Notes under the pieces: generated by a model
What the model was told of the DNA's origin: nothing
Database searches by the model: none
What the model saw: only the letters and a program-made list of their open reading frames with translations
Program-made: the position numbers and the translations under genes
Assembly (NCBI RefSeq): GCF_022846255.1
Contig: NZ_AP025682.1
Source of the DNA: Escherichia coli
GTDB taxonomy: Bacteria; Pseudomonadota; Gammaproteobacteria; Enterobacterales; Enterobacteriaceae
Direction: 5' to 3' (one strand)
DNA: 64,000 nucleotides
Shown: positions 1 to 8,500 of the stretch, in pieces
How the letters are laid out: every line of letters starts with the position of its first letter
How positions within the stretch are numbered: position 1 is the first letter of the stretch

Positions 1-1650
1 CTGACGGTCACCGTAACGGACTGTGGTGGAAATCCGGTTGCCAATGCCCCCTTTAGCATCAGACGTGGCGATGCTATAAATCGTCAAGGAACGGTGAATT
101 CAGCCAATCCGGTTTCACTGGATTCAACGGTTTTAACCAATACCTCGACGGAATATAAAGGAACAACTGGAGAAGACGGCACGGTGAATATTGCTGTAAC
201 CCAGAAGTCTGGTGAAGGGGTGAAAACTCCATTGTATATCAGTACGACCGGGATGGTTCAGCCGATCCAGCAGGATGTTATTTTCACCGTTGTAACCAGT
301 CCGGACAGTACGCTCGCCAATATGTGGGGCCATATGCCAGAAACCCTGACTGCGGCCAATGGGACTGTATTTGCTCGCCCCAAACTTTCTGCTGAAGCTA
401 ATGGCGGTGGTGGTACACAATCTGAGACTAACGAAGTATGGGCGATATTTAACCATAAGAAAGCAATTGCATCAGGAGCGAATGCGGTTGGTTGCGGTGG
501 GATGGAATACGTTCCCAGCGAGGAAAATTTGCACTCACTCTATAGTGCATTTTCTTCGGGAAACATCAAAATCACCCAGGGATGGCCGGTTTCTGTAATC
601 TATAAGTCCTCGACACCCGACAAATATGTAACAACAGCTCGTAATTACAATGCGGTTAACCTGAGCACCAACAGTGTGAAAGGTCAGCAAACATCCAATT
701 CAGTACACTATTTAGTGTGTCAAAAAGAGGCTGCTCCTGTCATAAAATCAATAGCCATCAGCACTCAAGATTCTCAGTATGTGTCGGTAGTAGGGTTCAA
801 TGACGCCAGAGATAATGGGGGTAGAGTGAAAACTTTTGATGCCCTGAAATTAAAAACATGGGGTAAGGGCAGTGGTTCGATGACGGTTAAAGTGACGGGG
901 AGCGATAATAAGCCATTAAAAAATGGTCCGTTTATGCTGCTACACGCTCCTGGGTTTGATCGCCAGGGCGGTATACACGCAAATCATACCGACACGGTTC
1001 AGTTTAAAGATAGTCATAGCAGTAGTACGAATAGGAATATGGGGGCTATGGACGTTTATTATGGGACAACAAATGATAGCGGTGAGCTGACGTTTTCATT
1101 AAGCCAGCCGCAGGATGGAACTGGACTAGCCGTGATCATGAGTGCCCGAGATGACGATTATGTTCATAATATACTCAGTAATGATTTCCCTGTTATTTTT
1201 GCGACAGAGACGAGCCCGGATACGAAAGAAGCGAAGTATTGGGGGTATATGTCTGAAACACAAGTACTTGGTGGCAGAGTATTTAATCGTCCTAAATTGG
1301 TGAGTGAGTTACCGGTGTCTGGGGATAGTATTAGTCCTGGAGGCGCTGATGCTGAGGTTTGGGCAGGGATTTCCGGGGATGATTCTCTTGCGGGTATTAA
1401 CGGTGGCTGTGCAGCAGATAAACGACCAACAGTAGCGGAGTTAAATGATTTGCGGTCTGTATATAATACGAGTCACCAATACGGCTACTTTATGAAAGGG
1501 GGATGGCCTGCAATCGGTAAAGATACTGGGCAGAATGAATACTGGACAGATGTTGCCGAGGCGCGTTTTGGATACATGGAGATGTATTCAGGAGATGTAC
1601 ATTACATTGCGGGTGGCCTAAACACGGCAATGCAGATCTGTGCGCAGTAA
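1..1650 (+). CDS. 3' end of a giant Ig-like repeat protein (Rat-family-like); the reading frame is open from window position 1, so the gene starts upstream of the window
   Basis: Frame 1 is open from nt 1 to the stop at 1648-1650 (ORF track lists only from the first Met at 94). The translation has two Big_1-like segments and two copies of the FTV.TSPD..WG(H/Y)M..RPKL motif that recurs nine times in the 2693-aa protein downstream. Confidence 0.75.
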   Translation: MTVTVTDCGGNPVANAPFSIRRGDAINRQGTVNSANPVSLDSTVLTNTSTEYKGTTGEDGTVNIAVTQKSGEGVKTPLYISTTGMVQPIQQDVIFTVVTSPDSTLANMWGHMPETLTAANGTVFARPKLSAEANGGGGTQSETNEVWAIFNHKKAIASGANAVGCGGMEYVPSEENLHSLYSAFSSGNIKITQGWPVSVIYKSSTPDKYVTTARNYNAVNLSTNSVKGQQTSNSVHYLVCQKEAAPVIKSIAISTQDSQYVSVVGFNDARDNGGRVKTFDALKLKTWGKGSGSMTVKVTGSDNKPLKNGPFMLLHAPGFDRQGGIHANHTDTVQFKDSHSSSTNRNMGAMDVYYGTTNDSGELTFSLSQPQDGTGLAVIMSARDDDYVHNILSNDFPVIFATETSPDTKEAKYWGYMSETQVLGGRVFNRPKLVSELPVSGDSISPGGADAEVWAGISGDDSLAGINGGCAADKRPTVAELNDLRSVYNTSHQYGYFMKGGWPAIGKDTGQNEYWTDVAEARFGYMEMYSGDVHYIAGGLNTAMQICAQ

Positions 1651-1686
1651 ATTTCAATATTAGCATTATTCTTTAAATGAATGTTT

Positions 1687-1717
1687 GCCCCCATGTTTTT
1701 ACATGGGGGCAATTTTT
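1687..1717 (+). terminator. Rho-independent terminator after the upstream giant gene
   Basis: Perfect 9-bp inverted repeat GCCCCCATG / CATGGGGGC with a 6-nt loop, followed by AATTTTT, 37 nt after the stop codon. Confidence 0.7.
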
Positions 1718-1776
1718 AATACCGATAAACCTGTGCTAAAGTTTTGCCTTATTAACCGAAATCGCAGGAGACTTCG

Positions 1777-2001
1777 ATGGAAGTGCAGTGTCCGGTTTGT
1801 CATCAATCTATTGAATTACATGGCGGTAGTGCGCATTGTGAATATTGCCAACAGGATATCGCGTTTCAGGCGCTTTGCCCGGATTGTCATCAACCCTTAC
1901 AGGTGCTAAAAGCGTGCGGTGCGGTGGACTATTTTTGCCAGAACGGTCACGGATTAATTTCTAAAAAGCGTATTGAATTTTTGCCGTTTAATATCATTTG
2001 A
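1777..2001 (+). CDS. yfgJ: Small zinc-ribbon protein, YfgJ-like (74 aa)
   Basis: AGGAG 7 nt upstream of the ATG. Four CxxC pairs (CPVC, CEYC, CPDC, plus C47/C54), typical of a double zinc ribbon. Sits where yfgJ lies next to xseA in K-12; identification from memory. Confidence 0.55.
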   Translation: MEVQCPVCHQSIELHGGSAHCEYCQQDIAFQALCPDCHQPLQVLKACGAVDYFCQNGHGLISKKRIEFLPFNII

Positions 2002-2059
2002 ATATATTGTTTTATCATTTATATATTCCATGTGAATGGTAAAACAATTTCTTACTGAC

Positions 2060-2110
2060 CGCACTATTAATATAATTGAGTATGAACAATCATGTATAAT
2101 GTTTAAGAAT
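2060..2110 (+). promoter_or_regulatory. Candidate sigma70 promoter region for sinH in an AT-rich intergenic stretch
   Basis: TATAAT hexamers at 2071-2076 and 2095-2100, the second preceded by TG; no well-spaced -35 found. AT-rich spacer 2002-2200 upstream of the sinH start. Confidence 0.25.
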
Positions 2111-2200
2111 ATATTTAGCCTTTTCTGTCGTGCTATCCCGGATGTTCTGGAATAGAATGGCAGAATTCATTTTTGACTTTATTGTCAATAGGGAAAAGGT

Positions 2201-4375
2201 ATGCTGCGATGGACACGCTGTATTATGCTAACATTTATCTCTGGGGCTGCTTTTGCGGCTCCAGAGATAAATGTTGAGCATAAAGAATCATTACCTGATT
2301 TAGGTAGTCAGGCCGCACAACAAGAAGAACAAACCAACAAGGGGAAATCGCTAAAAGAGCGTGGTGCCGATTACGTCATTAACTCCGCCACGCAAGGGTT
2401 TGAAAACTTGGCCCCTGAGGCGCTGGAATCTCAGGCCAGAAGCTATCTGCAAAGTCAAATCACCTCAACCGCACAATCTTATATTGAAGACACACTCTCT
2501 CCCTACGGTAAGGTCCGTTCGAACCTCTCCATTGGTCAGGGCGGCGATCTGGATGGCAGTTCCATCGATTATTTTGTTCCCTGGTACGATAATCAAACCA
2601 CTGTTTATTTCAGCCAATTTTCTGCACAACGAAAAGAAGATCGTACGATCGGGAATATTGGGCTTGGTGTAAGACATAATTTTGATAAATGGTTGTTGGG
2701 TGGAAATATATTTTATGATTATGATTTTACCCGTGGGCATCGCCGTTTAGGTTTAGGTGCCGAAGCGTGGACTGATTATTTAAAATTCTCTGGCAACTAT
2801 TATCACCCGCTTTCTGACTGGAAAGACTCCGAAGATTTCGATTTTTATGAGGAGCGTCCTGCGCGCGGCTGGGATATTCGCGCCGAAGCCTGGCTTCCCG
2901 CTTATCCGCAGCTTGGTGGTAAAATTGTTTTCGAACAGTATTACGGTAATGAAGTCGCGCTTTTTGGCACTGATAATCTGGAGAAAGATCCCTACGCGGT
3001 AACGCTTGGACTGAATTATCAACCAGTGCCGTTACTGACAGTTGGGACGGACTATAAAGCGGGGACCGGAGATAACAGTGATGTCAGCATTAATGCCACT
3101 CTTAATTATCAGTTTGGCGTTCCGCTAAAAGATCAATTGGATAGCGATAAAGTGAAAGCGGCGCACTCGCTGATGGGCAGCCGTCTTGATTTCGTTGAGC
3201 GTAATAACTTTATTGTTCTGGAATACAAAGAAAAAGATCCGCTTGATGTCACCCTGTGGTTGAAAGCGGATGCCACCAACGAGCACCCTGAGTGCGTCAT
3301 TAAGGACACTCCCGAAGAAGCCGTCGGTCTGGAAAAATGTAAGTGGACCATTAACGCACTCATTAATCATCACTACAAAATCGTTGCGGCCTCCTGGCAG
3401 GCGAAAAACAATGCTGCCCGCACGCTGGTGATGCCGGTTATCAAAGAGAATACTCTGACAGAGGGTAACAATAACCACCGGAACCTGGTGCTGCCTGCCT
3501 GGCAGTACAGTTCCGATCAAGCCGAACAAGAAAAACTCAATACCTGGCGGGTTCGTCTGGCGCTGGAAGATGAAAAAGGCAATCGGCAGAGCTCCGGTGT
3601 GGTGGAAATCACCGTTCAACAGGACCGTAAAATTGAGCTCATCGTTAACAACATCGCCAATGTACCGGATAAGAGCAATCACAGCCACGAAGCCAGCGCA
3701 CAGGCCGATGGTGTAGATGGTGTAGTGATGGATCTCGATATTACTGATAGCTTTGGCGACAACACTGACCGCAACGGTAATGTCTTGCCGCAGGATAATC
3801 TCAACCCGCAGTTGTTTGATGCCAACGATAAAAAAGTGACGCTGACGAATAACCCCTGCACTACCGAGACTCCCTGTGTCTTTATCGCCAAACAAGATAA
3901 AGAAAAGGGGACCGTTACGCTCTCCAGTACGTTGCCTGGCACCTTCCGTTGGAAGGCGAAAGCTGCTCCCTATGATGACAGTAACTATGTTGACGTAACG
4001 TTCCTGGGTTCTGACATCGGCGGGCTGAATGCCTTTATCTATCGTGTTGGTGCGGCTAAGCCCGTGAATCTTATCGGCAATAAAGAACCGTTGCCTCTCA
4101 ATAGCAGCTATCGCTTTGTGTTGTGGCGTGACGCTAACAAAGACGGCGTGTTCCAGCTATCAGAGAAACTCACTGAAGAGGAGATGAAACAGTATGACTA
4201 TCAGTGGGAATTCACGGGACATAGCGTGAATGGCAATACCGGTGCGCAAGCCAATACCACTAACGTCGATATAGAGATCCCGGCAACGAACAAGGAAGCG
4301 GCAGCGAAGTTTAGTGCCCAGGTAACCGATGGCGTGCAGGGATACGGTTTGCAGGTCAATTACAGCAAGAAATAG
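2201..4375 (+). CDS. sinH: Inverse autotransporter adhesin of the intimin/invasin family (SinH-like), 724 aa
   Basis: N-terminal signal peptide (…FISGAAFA/APE). Residues ~110-330 show intimin/invasin beta-barrel-type sequence (DYFVPWYD, LGLGAEAWTDYLKFSGNYYHPLSDW, GWDIRAEAWLP, LGLNYQP), followed by an Ig-like passenger. RBS GGAAAAGG upstream. Confidence 0.85.
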   Translation: MLRWTRCIMLTFISGAAFAAPEINVEHKESLPDLGSQAAQQEEQTNKGKSLKERGADYVINSATQGFENLAPEALESQARSYLQSQITSTAQSYIEDTLSPYGKVRSNLSIGQGGDLDGSSIDYFVPWYDNQTTVYFSQFSAQRKEDRTIGNIGLGVRHNFDKWLLGGNIFYDYDFTRGHRRLGLGAEAWTDYLKFSGNYYHPLSDWKDSEDFDFYEERPARGWDIRAEAWLPAYPQLGGKIVFEQYYGNEVALFGTDNLEKDPYAVTLGLNYQPVPLLTVGTDYKAGTGDNSDVSINATLNYQFGVPLKDQLDSDKVKAAHSLMGSRLDFVERNNFIVLEYKEKDPLDVTLWLKADATNEHPECVIKDTPEEAVGLEKCKWTINALINHHYKIVAASWQAKNNAARTLVMPVIKENTLTEGNNNHRNLVLPAWQYSSDQAEQEKLNTWRVRLALEDEKGNRQSSGVVEITVQQDRKIELIVNNIANVPDKSNHSHEASAQADGVDGVVMDLDITDSFGDNTDRNGNVLPQDNLNPQLFDANDKKVTLTNNPCTTETPCVFIAKQDKEKGTVTLSSTLPGTFRWKAKAAPYDDSNYVDVTFLGSDIGGLNAFIYRVGAAKPVNLIGNKEPLPLNSSYRFVLWRDANKDGVFQLSEKLTEEEMKQYDYQWEFTGHSVNGNTGAQANTTNVDIEIPATNKEAAAKFSAQVTDGVQGYGLQVNYSKK

Positions 4376-4430
4376 GATCAGCGCCATGGCTGATCGGGCC
4401 ACCGCTGAATGTTAACCAAGGAGAGTGTTT

Positions 4431-5423
4431 ATGAAACCTCATATGAAACGTGGCCTGACAAAAGTCGCGCTGGCGCTGATGCTGGCTGGATACTGTGCCG
4501 TGCCAGCCGCTATGGCGGAAGATGCCGCCTGGGTAGACAGTGGGACGACCGCTGAATTCGAAGGGACCATACCCTGGCTTTATCGCGAGGGGGGGAATGC
4601 CACGATTAACTCGGATGATGCGGATCACATCAAAGTAACGTCTGATGGTAAAGGTACTCGTCCTTCAGGTAGCGAGACGGATAAACGCCTTTACTCAGGA
4701 GATACCATCACGTTGGGGTGGGATATCGGCGATACCGAAGGGGATATCGACGATGGTCCAGATGGTATTGATGCGAAAACGACGGCGACTATCAAATGGT
4801 ACAGCTACAGCGATAATGCGGGTGGCGGTAAAACGGAGCTGACCGCAGCGGCGGGTAAGACGAGTTATAAACTCACTGATAACGAACGTGGGCGCTATAT
4901 CGGTGTTGAAATCCAGCCTATCACTCAGACCGGTAATCCCTTCCAGGGAACGTCGCTGACTCTGCTGGATATCTCAACGGCCAGCGGTGGCGGCAGCGAT
5001 ACGGACAATGTTGATCCTGGCCCGGTTGTGAACCAGAACCTGAAAGTCGCCATCTTCGAGAAAGGCACCAGTACCAACCTTATCGGTGGTAATACAGCCA
5101 TTGCGCTTAACAAAACGTATGTGGCCAAACTGTACTCGGATGAAAACCAGAACGATAAGTACGATGCGGGTACGGATGTGGACGTTACCGCTAACTATGA
5201 CTTTGCATGGGTCTTTAACGGTAACAGTAAACAACTTGCTGCGGCGGGTGGTATTGCCAACGCCAGCTTCGATAACAATGACATTGTTATTCCGCAAACT
5301 AACGAACAAGCAAGAGCCAGCCTTAACGGTAGTGACCGTAATGGTAAGACCGGTCTTGCAATCCCGGCAAACGGCGACGGCGTCCAGGGCTATACGCTGT
5401 CTATCATTTACAAACACCACTAA
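4431..5423 (+). CDS. sinI: Secreted protein of unknown function (SinI-like by position), ~330 aa
   Basis: AAGGAG 7 nt upstream of the ATG at 4431 (ORF track starts at the GTG at 4425). Signal peptide (…AVPAAMA/EDAAW). C-terminal DGVQGY motif shared with SinH; N-terminal W…G.T.EF.GT.P motif shared with the giant protein. Symbol assigned from synteny only. Confidence 0.7.
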   Translation: MKPHMKRGLTKVALALMLAGYCAVPAAMAEDAAWVDSGTTAEFEGTIPWLYREGGNATINSDDADHIKVTSDGKGTRPSGSETDKRLYSGDTITLGWDIGDTEGDIDDGPDGIDAKTTATIKWYSYSDNAGGGKTELTAAAGKTSYKLTDNERGRYIGVEIQPITQTGNPFQGTSLTLLDISTASGGGSDTDNVDPGPVVNQNLKVAIFEKGTSTNLIGGNTAIALNKTYVAKLYSDENQNDKYDAGTDVDVTANYDFAWVFNGNSKQLAAAGGIANASFDNNDIVIPQTNEQARASLNGSDRNGKTGLAIPANGDGVQGYTLSIIYKHH

Positions 5424-5431
5424 TGCGCACC

Positions 5432-5462
5432 AACAGCATTCCCGTATGGGAATGCTGTTTTC
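5432..5462 (+). terminator. Intrinsic terminator or attenuator between the sinI-like gene and the giant gene
   Basis: Inverted repeat ACAGCATTCCC / GGGAATGCTGT with loop GTAT, followed by TTTTCC, 9 nt after the stop codon. Confidence 0.45.
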
Positions 5463-5533
5463 CGCCTGTTTTGCTTAGCGACGCGTTAAGCAAAACGGGT
5501 TGACGTTTTGTTTATCATGCTGGAGTTTTCTAC

Positions 5534-8500
5534 ATGTCGGTATGTCTGAAACCAGGAAAAATCATTGTGCTTCTGGGCATGTTGGCAGCCTTTATGCTGT
5601 CTGACTTTGCACGGGCAGGAGTGGAATGGCAGACATATCCTGGTTCTACAGGCGAGTTTAACGGTACAGTTCCTATTGCCGATAGCGCCAGCGTACCCGT
5701 CTATCAGGGAAGCGTTCAGCTTGATCCTGCTGCATCTCATGATGTGGCGTTTTCTGCTAAACCGAATGAATTTAGCGTTGACGATGACGCTGCTAACCTG
5801 ATAGTCGCTAATCCTCAGGACAGTGAAGGCGACCAGTTTTCCACACCACCTGCGCTGCGCTGGGAAAAACAAACGCCGCCGACCGTTAGCCTGGTGTGGG
5901 CCGATGCCGCCACGCCGGATACGCCGCTTAATCCACAGCCTACCGCCAACCGTAGCTTTTGCGCTCAGGGCCTGGCCGGGCGTTCGCTGGTGGCCTGGCC
6001 GCAGATTGATGCGCAGCAGACCATTCCACTGCTTTATCTGCTGACTTCGACCGGTTATCCCTATGAGGGGACGGTGGCGCTGGCTGACCAGAAAGTGACG
6101 CTGAACATCGCGCCCGCGCAGGGCGATTTAATCTCGGTGAGCGCCAGTGGTTATAACGAAACGATCGCGGCGGCGAAAACCACCGTTGGTGACACCATCA
6201 CGCTAACTGTTACCACCAAAGACTGTCAGGGCAACGTTGCGGGCAATATTCCTTTTATTATCAAACGACAGGATGCGAAAAACCGCCAGGATGCGGTGAA
6301 TAACACCGCACCGGTGGTGCTGGATAGCACCGAGTTAACGACGACCGCGACCGAGTATCACGGCACATCGGATGCCAACGGTACGGCAACCATCACGGTG
6401 ACCCAACCTAATGGGCCCGGCGTCAAAACGCCGCTGGTGGTCAGCATCTCCGGCATTGCGCAAACCAGTGAGACGGCGGTTATTTTTACCGTACTCACCA
6501 GCCCGGACGTGGCGCAGGCCACGATGTGGGGCCATATGGCGGAAACGGTTGAGGCTCATGGCTACACGTTCAGCAGGCCAAAACTGGCGGCAGAAGTCAG
6601 CAATGAAAATGCCACGGTCGTCGATCACAACGAAACCTGGTCAACTTTCACCTGGAGCGGGGCAGACAGCCATTGCACCGTGCTGCCGGGCATGCGCCAT
6701 TTCGGCGCACTGGCGACCGTTATTCCCACCACGGTACAGACTGTCCTCGGCTGGCCGATGCAGGATGATTATTACTGGACATCGCTGGCGGGCACTACCG
6801 GGCAGCACCATGCGGCGGATGTCTCTAACCGTGCTGAAGCGCAAAAGCCGGATAGCACCACGTTTCTTGTAAGCTGCGTGGACAAACCCGCGCCTGACGT
6901 CGAACCGAAAATCGTCCTTACGCCAGAAAACTATGATGATACGGCACAGGCGATGAAAGCGAAGGTGGGTGAGGACGCCACGATGCGTCTGACGATCACC
7001 GACAATAAAAACAACGATCAACCGCTGGCGTATTACTACTTCTCGCTGCATCTGGATGACGGCGTTAACCGCAAAAATCAAACCGATCCTGCCTGGGAAG
7101 CTCATCCGGTACAGATTGCTGGCGGCAGTAATTTTCGCCAGGTCGACGCACATACCTATGAGGGCATGACTGATGTCAACGGTCAGGCTTCGCTAACCCT
7201 GAGCCAGCCTGGTGGCGCGGGCGTTAAAACTCACATTACGGCGAAAATGCGCAGCGATTTTAACGCCACGGATGCCAAAGATGTGATTTTTACCGTAATC
7301 ACCAGCCCGGACAGCGACAAAGCGCGGATGTGGGGCCATATGCGCGGCATTATTGAGTCCGGCAGTCTGTATAAACGCCCGTTGCTGGCGGATGAAACCG
7401 AGCATGAACTGGGAACAGTGCGGGAAAACAACGAAGACTGGGCGTTGTACGATCAAAACACCAGTATGCAGGCGGAATGCGGGGTGGGTCATATACCGCG
7501 CCAGAGCTCACTGGAAAGCCTGTTTTCAGCCCATCCCGGTAACGCGATTGGCACTGAGTATGGCTGGCCCACCGCACAACAGAGCTACCTAAGCGCGGTG
7601 GAGCAAGAAACGCATTCATCGGTGAATCTGGGGAACGGGAGCGTCGACAGCTATTCCGGCTTTAAGCAGAATTACCTCTCCTGTTCGGGTAATGAGATGG
7701 TAGCGAATGTTGAAGTCAGCACCGATCATGATGTGTCTGTTGGCACCCAAGCGCAAGCCAAAGTGGGTGACACCATCGTAATGACCGTGCGTACGATTAA
7801 CTCGCTAAATAATTCCCCGGTACCCTTTAGCGCATTCACCATTACCAAAGGTATGGGATATAACCGAGCGGGACAGGTGAGCGGGTTTGATGACCCGAGT
7901 AGCGGCGCAATCACGATGGATAACTCGCAATATGGTACATCACAGCCATCGATGGTTTATGCGGGAACAACCGATGTCCGGGGCGTGGCGACGGTCGAGA
8001 TTAAACAACCGCAGGGCGTCGGGCTAAGAACGGCGCTGAGCGTAACGCCGGTAAATTCCTACCTGCCGAATACCGTTAACTACAGCGTTATTTTTACCAC
8101 CCCAACCAGCCCGGATGTTTCCGGCGCGCAGATGTGGGGCCATATGGATGAAACGATTACCGTTGATTCATCAACCTTTAGCCGGCCTAAGCTGGCGGCG
8201 GAAATCGCCAGCCCGGACGGAACCCTGACCGAAAATAACGAAATCTGGGCGCGCGTGAGCCAGGCCAATACGTCCAGTACCAGCAAAGGCGGCTGCGGCA
8301 CCAATATGCTGCCGCGTCGCTCCCAGCTAAGCGCGTTGTATAGCGCCAACAGTGGTAACGCGGTGCAAACGACGCACGGCTGGCCAACGCAACGTCAGCC
8401 CTACTGGAGCAGCTCACCGGCGGATGTGACACCGCACTTTTTCACGATAGCGCTGAACGATGGCGCGCAGGCCATCGGCGGCAATACGCCGGTTTACGTC

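Noticed and set aside
1685-1909. 74-aa + strand ORF overlapping the terminator and the YfgJ-like gene in another frame
   Set aside because: It starts inside a terminator hairpin and overlaps a better-supported ORF with an RBS; Arg-rich artefact.
3125-3895. 256-aa minus-strand ORF inside sinH
   Set aside because: Antisense to a well-supported adhesin gene; no start context; composition looks like a frame artefact.
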